A stretch of 64,000 nt of DNA from a virus: the IMG/VR virus record IMGVR_UViG_3300045988_137242. One strand, given 5' to 3'. Below are positions 45,901-50,270 of the stretch, piece after piece (position 1 is the stretch's first letter; each line of letters starts with the position of its first letter). The notes below the pieces were generated by a model that worked only from the letters and a program-made list of their open reading frames with translations, had not been told where the DNA came from and searched no databases. The translations under genes were made by a program, and so were the position numbers.

Positions 45901-46548
45901 GACAGTACGAATGAAGCGTTTGTAAAAGTTAATAAGTTGGCAAACAAATGGACTGCGGATATGCCGGATGCGACGGAAGATATGAAGGGTAATGATGCGG
46001 CAGACTTTTGGACAGCCCCTTACGGTTGGCAGCACATGATGGAAGGTTATGTTGGCGGTATGGGAGCTACCATAGGCAGAGTGGCTAAGACAGGATATGC
46101 CGTAGGCAAAAGCCTTAAGGCTGGATATAATGGCGAGAATGCTATCAAGGATGCTTATGCCGAATGGGAGAAGTTTGACAAGAATCAGATACCATTATAC
46201 CGAAACTTCATCTATACTTCCACCGAGGGGCATGACATGCAGAGAACGAAGTCGAAGTGGTACAACTATACAGATGAGCTACGGCAGACGAAGTATAACT
46301 TAGACCAGTTGAAGACCAATACTCCCGACTTGAAGTTAAACTTGGAGAACGAGGCTAAGAAGTATAAGTTCAGTCAAGGCAAGGAGGGTCGGAGGCTTGA
46401 AATATGGAATGCTGCAAATAGTTATATCGGCAAGAAGAAGAATCTTCTGAAGAAGACCTCAGACCCAGAGGTAATAAAGTCGATAAATAACGACATCAAT
46501 CTTAAGATGCAGGAAGCCGTGAGGGATTTGGATAAGTTGAGTGAGTAG
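30958..46548 (+). CDS. giant polyvalent protein (5,196 aa): zincin, SNF2/DExH-like helicase, N6-adenine DNA methyltransferase, second zincin-like motif, hydrophobic segments
   Basis: Uninterrupted 15,591-nt ORF. Motifs read directly: HEYTH (aa 1988-1992); GTGTGKT (2620-2626), DECH (2715-2718) and QIEGRTYRIG (3162); ILEPSAGHG (3299) and NPPF (3363-3366); HETVGH (3900-3905). Confidence 0.85.
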   Translation: MAIDRTKLKQIHNLLAQNGFAQDYSTFEKKFAGNANYGNRKKVYDLITENGGDIGGSYEDFMKRIQSKPQTTSQRAMQFGGRQLPKPKRAPSNASPFVQSLYAKDMAERGEQQPTDYVSKREDYTSPKAVQNMSRRSQMAGRNAAKSAAKEIDKQYMQSQPVMNTGTPADEYVGKTERQLEKQMSDAADQFVKNNMSSYIANAVSGEQDAALQRALNATDNVPSMAGLGGMGLMVKGKTFNEQVDPDLMIKNLEGNLDKNLQNIFSNPQVAQKIEADARNLGVSVDTYIQRIVPSLRNSLANALNESEYQRALPKNMLDNVANRFINSNTLGKMIRLATQTRSQRVMNEQAMAATAAGENPYYKSGAIENVTADVGGMVLDPVFGGAAKGGAMVAGKLLGSGAKAAAVMANGTLAQRLGMKAAQAAVGGGTTGFLFDATNSVVQNFSTGEDTSLGNTLKTAVTGGAKGAVNFGIMGLTGVPLGELGRGVGIKAGGSFWGNVGRATGKVSLEAGKTYMEAMGMYLGGYAVGKLEGAKDANGKPIEFDLFDGTLESLPTAIGFRVQHALGGLKGGRKNAKGEDIGWLGSTVANVKEFLTSDKAKTSNMLMSEDERQQIFNSGAQNGVMRDGENIVSYARRTKKNKLHYDDPRTYDDPTGKESIESDVEMMKNTYDQIMADPKVSWDAKAKFSAMVMGVMPDSRPMMDYCTFTTEKVGGDEAGVKKYINEYSADGTLLSKTSYDNVDKREQALYKMAMTKEGQRLWNVMGTLVGIDKNNYDYQNAFFMERVKDAKDGAEIQAFADGMGTKGSAVEQEFTNWVLNNGSVMKAIDAFAQESGMKKEDVVKLMNKDPLHRTEEEQLLCVKLRREMEKQAFPADKVHEEQSNLEGKDVADDNSLGTEEPNTGAVAEQLDNLSKAEEGVEALMRDNDVFGDNFKKMQEEGMTNPQIYDWMIQNGGMTQEQLKPFADYINANARVQGMQQRTQQKMEELVGKVVHDWSYRGTMNGVKTDGEQVLFVEDRDGRRLMVGSGDVAFDSVTGRAKEDVGDMLVCLDPETKELVYMKAEDAKFVGVQNPDEFANEYRQKLQEINSQPYNEAMQRQAERDAAKNQQETNEGETKTEVAAPETPMPKEDNPELYKVADSLQGKIGQSLSKDEADSLVSEMENRAEPARELELTPENWTAEFGEDGKVATPLGEVKMGENQYFKLAKEGRNGKLGLIKPTLEDPDVIIEDASQAKEGQVTERHSSYLFVKAFTGKDGNRVYYFTSVTVSRDGKEVVVSNQERRAKRIATVMESGKILYLKGNQSASVAQNEKPVSLGDSNSSTTTGSQGALHGINSPDLHGKDTNNSSNGNGNEGTLTHSAASYEKNDIPVDKDGEPAYEQVPKERTVEDLFGKLGGDGNLAHSFAEAKVAEAEKERKALLKKEPKMGTKINEYLKKKREHDEAVKAAEAKVAYWNDVKGEIEKLTHTTPEELKEQQAELEGTAATAEHKALYGEGQPADGTALAAKFVADAKITPESFKKETGFGTAEQAGFVGMIAKEENGGKSIERLAEDLVYYDNTEHNGTYFHGDTNEARNAIISALGAARTRKGLRELAQPDLAKFESERAQERDNAYHEAYGMDYEEYLAYSEQEMPHILEKINNFDEEKYLQDKAEEITNQIDKEHGKAIGRDESAGEEPVYGEGDKVLPGTRTDERGGGESPEEHAGRTEAERRSDTENAALPEEASSGAGRVDERQKEVDEAVKHVATEITKQTGIEVVTDEREGQSALERGLQVDNSVREHRASAGSTIAGMQLLPKELRMNESVLTDQILNYHGDYIGKLLENAQEDSSVSYFSAHDGKWYFYSVDKDRNINILDAVEASRENFDLFKDKLKEYGFDGKSTALRNALSSYGYIGRTDSDLLKSFLAGGTQSRSRFRDGETSEGRRADRNRVAGEADGTQSEGDTQEAREIRQFRTKDGEVYGFTVDGKIYLDTKKMKPETPLHEYTHLWTEALKKKNPEEWENVKKLFDEVEGLKDEVQKLYPEQEGDALYDEMIATYSGREGTKKLEAVVRELAAKNGSGVAESVKEQGFIYKVKEALQKYWKGVADMLHIHFTTAEEVADKVLADWAKGVNPKEEKVDEKKEAVKAEEPKLPLNPIERTALEYHEEKVGAARKAYEEAKASGDESEMKRTRDEFKKALDDKLKAQGVGLVQRRKEIANELGKEEAEKIDKPWKDMDGEERMAVAEQNPLTEEEIRNKTSEENQDLIEDAIDYLNGNHGFAQQIAYLKIYDDVRNRHENVSGDSGTGDRTQLDAANTTGGEGLGLGRGRESGGPDGPVDRGAGNEAASGERTGGESGKDNPTLPVGKQGDKQGEGSPSGMGGLSAGGADATGGGAVSGDGHVSDGSGRGGVDRSSKPDARRKPAAKQGTTWRNRTGAEIKQEAKEAKEGLKAALKEMLKRGRGEASISLTGLNSRQIEYVPELMKAVKRYGMSLIDQGIYKVKDWMNNIREGIYDDMKAIGFTDKDIDDFIEEMWNSKMPMDGETHTIAEWSTIYGNAQLRKKLSEKLGEKYERQMAAEPIAVKVGDRKNIEETLPFLLPQQQEDVLKAETQFFGNEHADREHAYGKGYLFTNGTGTGKTYTGLGIAKRLAKQGKGRILFVTPSQKKVNDWMKDGKNLGLDIRDLDSWAKERGTTATTESGEGMVITTFANFGLNKKLLETEWDAVIYDECHRIMENKKGAETARSMQHYMMTNRDENHCFLRLQETNKDYQKMRLASEKFDEERSNEIGRIMREYKESHPEARTKDVINATYKLQPKELNSFAPADAAKFPKLGKAYQEFMSAKEHYYKDVEPKLREQAKNTWKKTKTIFLSATPFNTRENLDYVEGYIFKYPEMSDDGMNGRTRFYLDHFGAAYKYRYHRLEQTVSNPDAIAKQEVAFSDYLQNTLGTMSGRIIDSPYDYSRDFPTVSPDHAEEFNIAVQDAVRGRYLGSAYRKTIGEYNYGSALFETMKVANIIDRIKQHLDAGRKVVIFHRRTETKTPIKPPFAYMLEVANKEISLMRPGKEREEYIREVNAFRKEHAGLLQWEKTLDYSMPREQLAKVFGKNNVLFFSGKESKTVKDKAVDTFNDDNSGKNIIVIQEASGKEGISLHDTTGKHQRVCITLGLPQSPITALQIEGRTYRIGNKSNAIFEYPVLGLNSEMMLFGEKFNNQVSTTENLALGSQARNLRESFAKGILEHSGVVPIDQQGVGGKEFDAPKQGDSDPFDDAVLDYYSNQKLNRKNREGVDYFPTPEPLGYKMMEWARAGEGDTILEPSAGHGAIARYAPKENQLTGIEPSQSLFAKLQLKAGGLGRKFMNTVFENYDISNKHDVVVMNPPFGTAGATAIAHLDKAFKHLEEGGRVVAIIPRGSTDKKFDKWLDGQKNVAMRAEVDLPDIVFQQAGTSVVSRVVVLDKITDAALRSKAGKTERIDLSGRYDKIEDFFEELRNIEMPERIIDTQAKMQKKAKAAKTSIKEIKGVRDVKLDKNGILVSMRGDWMDYGISFSGSDKPQYWREKMSNFYEKYEELEKSAFNEDKKAVFSEMKELSCKLAGMTEDEMQRYIAGRRNSGEQDGVHFRTEEDIEDVNKRFNERLESLKADPKQKGGELKLGYPGTFLKDAGFGDSEIVLEYAKIERKSSEEYKNDHPFDVEDIKDLPKAINTPIAVFDNTNGKEAGKTILTELQKDGKNFIVAIRAAERRQKGGIVLEVNEIKTLFPKEARGIVNWFNTGKTCNVDKEKALTWLGALRTHRGTWLTEQELSSATNVVKDFDIEKRKSLNFRIGDNKTEKQNNSVATISEDAPVVVKHVDRVSKETGVKVNMVQSAEEVNSPRVKKAIEDGKEVTGWYDERTGEVHLYMPNIHDRYTAEKTIWHETVGHKGMRGLMGEQFDKFLRDMWYDLDKPENAELKKLVDEERRRNPLNIYDAIEEGIARLAEEGRGEPGFWRNIRNKVTDFFREIGYRIAPNTKDVKYLLWLSKNLQKNPNDVFYKMRAEAVRWRLDHEAVPDVIEANGMFFDNDGKNREYVLDLSQKDFEQATDGKIHFRTSPATASKIEEYNRRLEGKIYSAKESTVDYMQSVQEYMETVSGKKNVARDIPSSCNPLQAENRSSSISQKKCDRYDRKYMTPLDDVFKKVISYVDGKNSDFQKQNTELYMIMKHGLERNRVFFVRDRIGENLREEIKSIREAAEQQPEPKKWERTETEKAKMKADALSKEWEQKFGELSKDLEDGKLQLDEYYGQMDEWIRSKIYEEYESTKYDYSGLTDIIKNTKDWKSDADIIEKVKDVEKKINDGKSGLVKEFWEKKRAATDAIIDSEYDSGKIDKDSAAHFKSMFNWYVPLRKFNETTAEDVYGYITESGDPSQYIGSVIAKANGRKSLSDTNVMAQIFAMAKSSIISGEKNIVKQYFARFVEAYETGEAQEKVFVEIHPWAERHVVDGKEVWEEVYPQVPEDATQHEISDILQTFEDKMRAKEALGEARLLTRRGSVGYKFQREKNKNEHIVEVYIAGKKRMYFCQGNPRAAQAINGLLHDSGTSKGKLSAWISKKSSSINRTCAQLNTSYNPDFFSSNMVRDFTVSSAILVKEGPKYAKRFCREYYNNLKFLNGEDSYWKMLGKYNNDKIDESNTRQKYFKEFMDNGGQTGFVQLEKLERVIKEYNNLVKTGKRDADGWFARALKKAGFIEIANETFENIARYSCYVTSRESGRSIGRSVYDAKEVSGNFNRHGSGDAISTLKTANDSKSDVAFRNVVGFFNSYMKNHTMFYNAGVQGANMLFKNYKFAPVATAMSLGVMPFALNMAIAAINQFLMGIEDEKKRGGVKDPYAELPEWKRRNNINIYIFRGHFFTLPLGIELRAFYGLGDVALAHSFYDGLKSDTPIGYDILGQLAQLVPSSDFLGHHAPGDNTTDALKDVALAVTPTALKAGGELVANRDWTGRPIYRDQTYLDIAPRWKRAYDSTNEAFVKVNKLANKWTADMPDATEDMKGNDAADFWTAPYGWQHMMEGYVGGMGATIGRVAKTGYAVGKSLKAGYNGENAIKDAYAEWEKFDKNQIPLYRNFIYTSTEGHDMQRTKSKWYNYTDELRQTKYNLDQLKTNTPDLKLNLENEAKKYKFSQGKEGRRLEIWNAANSYIGKKKNLLKKTSDPEVIKSINNDINLKMQEAVRDLDKLSE
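32051..32560 (+). other. domain: Gly/Ala-rich hydrophobic region of the giant protein
   Basis: GGMVLDPVFGGAAKGGAMVAGKLLGSGAKAAAVMA...GIMGLTGVPLGELGRGVGIKAGG...YLGGYAVGKLEG has glycine-zipper-like composition. Confidence 0.5.
36830..37030 (+). other. domain: zincin-like metallopeptidase motif 1
   Basis: GEVYGFTVDGKIYLDTKKMKPETPLHEYTHLW contains HExxH. The context resembles the peptidase domain I recall from polyvalent proteins. Confidence 0.55.
37800..38220 (+). other. domain: Gly/Ser/Asp-rich disordered linker
   Basis: GDSGTGDRTQLDAANTTGGEGLGLGRGRESGGPDGP...GGADATGGGAVSGDGHVSDGSGRGG. Confidence 0.6.
38690..40530 (+). other. domain: SNF2/DExH-like helicase
   Basis: LPQQQEDV (Q-motif-like), GTGTGKT (motif I), DECH (motif II), SATP (motif III-like), QIEGRTYRIG (motif VI). 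Confidence 0.75.
40771..41290 (+). other. domain: N6-adenine DNA methyltransferase
   Basis: YFPTPEPL, ILEPSAGHG (SAM-binding motif I) and VVMNPPFG (motif IV, NPPF). Confidence 0.75.
42560..42760 (+). other. domain: second zincin-like motif (HExxGH)
   Basis: GEVHLYMPNIHDRYTAEKTIWHETVGHKGMRGL. HExxGH is the zinc motif variant I recall from the M49 family. The assignment is tentative. Confidence 0.35.
45371..45462 (+). other. domain: strongly hydrophobic helix or helices near the C-terminus
   Basis: KFAPVATAMSLGVMPFALNMAIAAINQFLMG (about aa 4805-4835). Confidence 0.5.
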
Positions 46549-46575
46549 TTTCCAAAATGGAAATAACCAGTAGGG

Positions 46576-46602
46576 GAAGAGCGAGCTTAATGCTCACTCT
46601 TC
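46576..46602. terminator. hairpin between convergent genes
   Basis: GAAGAGCGAGC-ttaat-GCTCACTCTTC forms an 11-bp stem with one mismatch that becomes G-U on the minus strand. Confidence 0.6.
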
Positions 46603-46605
46603 TCT

Positions 46606-47256
46606 TTATTCAAAATAAATGTATTCCCCTTTTTTTTCTTTGTAGGCTATATAAATAAAATATCCAATTAGATATAACACCAATTCTATCATTGTTATAA
46701 TAATAAAGAAATAATCTTCCCTTATAGAAGAAATGACTATTCTTTTTGTGTCAAAATGGTCCAACAAAAAAAGAATGGAGAAAAGGATGATATAAAACCC
46801 TGCAATTATACCAACGACATATCCTATTATATGGGGTTCTTCTTTTCTGTAGAAATAATCCAGCAAATCTAATTCTTTAGAATAATATGTGCGTGCGATT
46901 ATTACAGGAGAGCAGACTAACGGATAGAACAAAGCGACTGTCATTATTTCGTTCAAGTAGTCTTTCCCGAAATAATAGTAATCCAAAAGGCTCATAATAA
47001 TACAGCATAACATGTTTGACAAGACCCAAAGCAAATATCTATATCTGGATCTGTGCGTTTTGGAAGAACACATGTCAATAAGAAAAGGGGCGGCAGAAGC
47101 AACAATAGGTATCATGTTTTGGTAGGTCATATTGTCTCCACATCTTTTAGCCCATAAATATAAGACAGGCATATAAAGTAATACCCAAGTGGAAATTCTT
47201 ACATGATGACAGAGAAGAAATCTCTTAATACCTGTTTTGTTTGTTCTTTGTTTCAT
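46606..47256 (-). CDS. polytopic inner-membrane protein (216 aa), moron-like
   Basis: At least five hydrophobic segments. Opposite strand to the flanking virion genes. 4-nt overlap with the upstream lipoprotein gene. Confidence 0.6.
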   Translation of the reverse strand: MKQRTNKTGIKRFLLCHHVRISTWVLLYMPVLYLWAKRCGDNMTYQNMIPIVASAAPFLIDMCSSKTHRSRYRYLLWVLSNMLCCIIMSLLDYYYFGKDYLNEIMTVALFYPLVCSPVIIARTYYSKELDLLDYFYRKEEPHIIGYVVGIIAGFYIILFSILFLLDHFDTKRIVISSIREDYFFIIITMIELVLYLIGYFIYIAYKEKKGEYIYFE

Positions 47257-47498
47257 TTGTTGTAATATTCTCTATATTTTTCACTATAACATATATGGCA
47301 TGGTGTTTTATACATGTCTATAGCTTCTTTTTTTGTAAGCTTCATAACAATACCACTGCAATTCCTTAATCCCTTGCAATACTCTGTCCTGTGGAATCTT
47401 CTTGAATATCCTCCAGTACATATATACACATTATCTGCACAAGACGACAGAGTTATAACTCCTAAGAGTACATAAAATAATAAGACTGATTTCTTCAT
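47253..47498 (-). CDS. small Cys-motif lipoprotein (81 aa from MKKSVLL)
   Basis: Lipobox LSSC, then VYICTGGYSRRFHRTEYCKGLRNCSG...KTPCHICY. Paralog of 50020-50226. A minus-strand -7 box TACTTTTG lies at 47529-47536. Confidence 0.6.
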   Translation of the reverse strand: MKKSVLLFYVLLGVITLSSCADNVYICTGGYSRRFHRTEYCKGLRNCSGIVMKLTKKEAIDMYKTPCHICYSEKYREYYNK

Positions 47499-47737
47499 AG
47501 AAATAATTGTTAAAGCGTAATCCTTTTGCAAAAGTATAAAAAAAATCAATAGGGTGTATCTTAAAAAAGTGTTTTATTTTTTTTGATGCAAATAATCCTC
47601 ATGGTAAGTGGTTGAAAGTATGGTAGTTAGGTGTGGAAAAATAGATGTTGAGGATAGTTAGGCATGATGGATATTGGTTAGTAACTTTGCAGCAAGTTCA
47701 ATAGTGGACGAAACCAACACAAAAACTATTTATTATT

Positions 47738-48532
47738 ATGGAAGCAGAGAAAATAATCTGTTGCGATGGAGCGCGAAACAATGATGCTCTCGCATGGGCG
47801 GCAATGGCAAACAGGGACAATGACATGAACGGTTGGATGAATAATCCTTTCGCTTATATCATGTTTATGGCGATGTTCGGCAATGGCGGTTTTGGTTGGG
47901 GCAACCGCGGCAACCAAGTTCAGGATGCCGAAATCCAATCAAAGCTGAACCAGTTGAGCACCCAACTACAGGATGGCAACAACACCAATCTTTTGATGGA
48001 TGCCATCAAGGGCAACAACACCGCTTTGGGCCAGCTTGCAAGTAACTTGAACTGCGATTTCAACCAGTTGCAGAGCGGTATCTGCGCCGTGCAGTCAGCC
48101 ATTCAGCAAGTAGGCGGTCAGGTGGGTTATTCGGCAGAGCGAGTGATTAATGCCGTGAACTTGGGCGACATGAACCTCATTCAGCAGTTGAAGGACTGTT
48201 GCTGCCAGACTCAGCAGAACATTATCCGCATGGGTTATGAGAACCAGCTGGGACAGAAGGACATCGTGAATCAGATGCAGCAAGGCTTCTCCTACACCAA
48301 TACCGGTATAGAGAGAGCTGCAGCAAACATCGGGTTCCAGATGAACCAGATAGCGTGTGACTTGAAGACGAACGCCAACGGCAACACTCAGAGGATCATC
48401 GACACTCTGAACTGTCACTGGAATCAAGACTTGCAGCAGAAGTACAATGATGCGAGGTTAGAGCTGTCACAGCAAAAGCAGAACGCTACGCTGATAGCGG
48501 CATTGGGTGCCAAGACCACCGCTACGGCATGA
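47738..48532 (+). CDS. Q/N-rich protein with one hydrophobic segment (264 aa)
   Basis: FAYIMFMAMFGNGGFGWG is followed by Q/N-rich, coiled-coil-like sequence. A + strand -7 box TAACTTTG lies about 45 nt upstream. Confidence 0.55.
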   Translation: MEAEKIICCDGARNNDALAWAAMANRDNDMNGWMNNPFAYIMFMAMFGNGGFGWGNRGNQVQDAEIQSKLNQLSTQLQDGNNTNLLMDAIKGNNTALGQLASNLNCDFNQLQSGICAVQSAIQQVGGQVGYSAERVINAVNLGDMNLIQQLKDCCCQTQQNIIRMGYENQLGQKDIVNQMQQGFSYTNTGIERAAANIGFQMNQIACDLKTNANGNTQRIIDTLNCHWNQDLQQKYNDARLELSQQKQNATLIAALGAKTTATA

Positions 48533-48618
48533 ATGGAGGAAGGGTCATTGCCTACGGAAAAGAAATCCGAGCAAAGGCTCTTCCCTTTTGTTTCACGTAA
48601 GAGGAAAGGGAAGAAGAT

Positions 48619-49089
48619 ATGATATTCAAGGATATGAAACAGGGATACCCTGTGTATATGTTGCACAAGGGTGACGAGATGAGAGTGGGAACCGGCAAGG
48701 TGGTGACGGCAACCGCACCGAGATTTCCGCAACAGTATAGCGGACAGGCTCTTGCCATGGTAGTAGACGTGACGATAGAGGAGGACGGCACGAACAAGAC
48801 CTATACCATGCCTGCCGATTCAACGGTGGTGAGTGCCGGGATGACGGTATTGTCGGTAGACAGAGAGGGTATCCTCCGTGATGTGGAGGCGATGAAAGCC
48901 GAGAGTGAGGATGCACTTGCTTCGATGGAGAAGCACAGAGCGAGGGTAGAAAGCTGCGATAAGATTCTGACAGAGTGGAATCCTGTTCTTGCGGAGAAGA
49001 AGAAGCAGGAGGAGCGGATAGGCTCTTTGGAGAATGGTATGAACGAGCTGAAAGCTATGATGAGGGCTTTAAGTGAAAAGTTAGGTTAG
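48619..49089 (+). CDS. hypothetical protein (156 aa)
   Basis: Track ORF. Coiled-coil C-terminus. Confidence 0.5.
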   Translation: MIFKDMKQGYPVYMLHKGDEMRVGTGKVVTATAPRFPQQYSGQALAMVVDVTIEEDGTNKTYTMPADSTVVSAGMTVLSVDREGILRDVEAMKAESEDALASMEKHRARVESCDKILTEWNPVLAEKKKQEERIGSLENGMNELKAMMRALSEKLG

Positions 49090-49094
49090 GAGGA

Positions 49095-49460
49095 TTGGTT
49101 ATGGTAATGTATATATTGTTAAATGACGTAAGAGTGACGCATGAGCCGCATTTTTGTGAAAAAACCGCAAAAAGGGCAATGAAAGGACTGCGATATGTAG
49201 ACAAGGAAGGTGTGGAGCATACGGAACCGAAGTGGACGGAGAGGATGATAGAGGAAGCGACGAAAGACTTGGAGTTTCCCGAAGGTACAACAGTATGGGA
49301 CAAATATGTGGCATACAACTCCTTCTATGCAGACACGTGTAGGGTGTTGTCGGATGGTGAGGCTTTCAAGGCTGCCTACGAGTTTTACTTCAAGGATGAT
49401 GATTATGTATTGGAGGGGAGTAAGATTTGGTGGTACATGAGGGCAATGATTGGTGATTAG
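49095..49460 (+). CDS. hypothetical protein (121 aa)
   Basis: Track ORF. Confidence 0.5.
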   Translation: MVMVMYILLNDVRVTHEPHFCEKTAKRAMKGLRYVDKEGVEHTEPKWTERMIEEATKDLEFPEGTTVWDKYVAYNSFYADTCRVLSDGEAFKAAYEFYFKDDDYVLEGSKIWWYMRAMIGD

Positions 49461-49471
49461 GGTGAGAAAGA

Positions 49472-49508
49472 GGGAAAGGCGAGCGGTGGGGTTCGCCTTT
49501 CCTTTTGG
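49472..49508 (+). terminator. intrinsic terminator
   Basis: GGAAAGGCGA-n10-TCGCCTTTCC followed by TTTT. Confidence 0.7.
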
Positions 49509-49610
49509 TGTATTATTACTTTTTGGATAAAGTTATAAAAAACAACGACAGATTGTAGAATTATTGTATAATATTTTACGATAAAAGTTGTGTAAAGAGG
49601 AATATTTTAT

Positions 49611-49618
49611 TACTTTTG
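49611..49618 (+). promoter_or_regulatory. -7 box for the lipoprotein moron
   Basis: TACTTTTG matches TAnnTTTG and lies about 32 nt upstream of the ATG at 49650. Confidence 0.45.
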
Positions 49619-49649
49619 TGGGGTGATTACGCTTAAAATGATATAAGAT

Positions 49650-50018
49650 ATGAAGAAGATAGTGTTATTTGTTATGCCGTTCTGTCTACTTGGTTGTTCT
49701 GAAAATAAAGAGAAAGAGGAGCCAAAGAGAGGAGAACTTACGGAGTTTGTTTATGTTGACAGGTCTAAGTGTCTTCATGTTGACAAAAACTGCATGAGTC
49801 TGATTTATTTGGGTGATGAAGATAATTCAAAGGGAAATTATCAGGTGAGTTTCGTTGAAACAAAAAGTCTTTCTCACAAAGACTACAAGTCGGTTTGCAG
49901 TCTTTGTGTATCAAATGAAACTTTCAAAAAGATAAGGGAAATCACAGAAAATAACAGCTATGGGGAGGAAGAAGAAAGCGATAGTTGCTTTTCTAATACA
50001 AAAAGTTTAGGACTATAA
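49650..50018 (+). CDS. lipoprotein (122 aa) with a degenerate Cys motif
   Basis: Lipobox LLGC. VYVDRSKCLHVDKNC ... SVCSLC resembles the motif of its two smaller paralogs. Confidence 0.55.
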   Translation: MKKIVLFVMPFCLLGCSENKEKEEPKRGELTEFVYVDRSKCLHVDKNCMSLIYLGDEDNSKGNYQVSFVETKSLSHKDYKSVCSLCVSNETFKKIREITENNSYGEEEESDSCFSNTKSLGL

Positions 50019-50019
50019 T

Positions 50020-50226
50020 ATGAGGAAGATTATCTTGTTATTCAGCATTATTGTGTGTTTATCTTCGTGCTCTAACATGGTGTATGTTTGTACGGGAGGA
50101 TATTCATATAGATACCACAAATCAAGGTCTTGTGATGGGCTAAGTAATTGCGGAGGAGAGATTAAAGAAGTAAGTAAAGAAGAGGCAAAGAGTATTGGTA
50201 GGACTCCTTGCCGTATGTGCTATTAG
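50020..50226 (+). CDS. small Cys-motif lipoprotein (68 aa)
   Basis: Lipobox LSSC, then VYVCTGGYSYRYHKSRSCDGLSNCGG...RTPCRMCY. Confidence 0.6.
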   Translation: MRKIILLFSIIVCLSSCSNMVYVCTGGYSYRYHKSRSCDGLSNCGGEIKEVSKEEAKSIGRTPCRMCY

Positions 50227-50238
50227 GAGGAATAAAAA

Positions 50239-50264
50239 ATGAGGCAGGTTCTTAGTTCTGCCTC
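50239..50264. terminator. hairpin between convergent genes
   Basis: TGAGGCAG-n10-CTGCCTCA forms an 8-bp stem. Confidence 0.6.
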
Positions 50265-50270
50265 ACCTTA

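Noticed and set aside
31000-46100. Many long antisense and off-frame ORFs inside the giant gene (for example 32944-34209 minus, 421 aa; 36610-37410 minus; 38062-38874 minus)
   Set aside because: They lie entirely within the 15.6-kb ORF. Their compositions are skewed to Leu/Arg/His/Ser or are low-complexity, as expected for shadow frames of a purine-rich coding strand. They contain no motifs.
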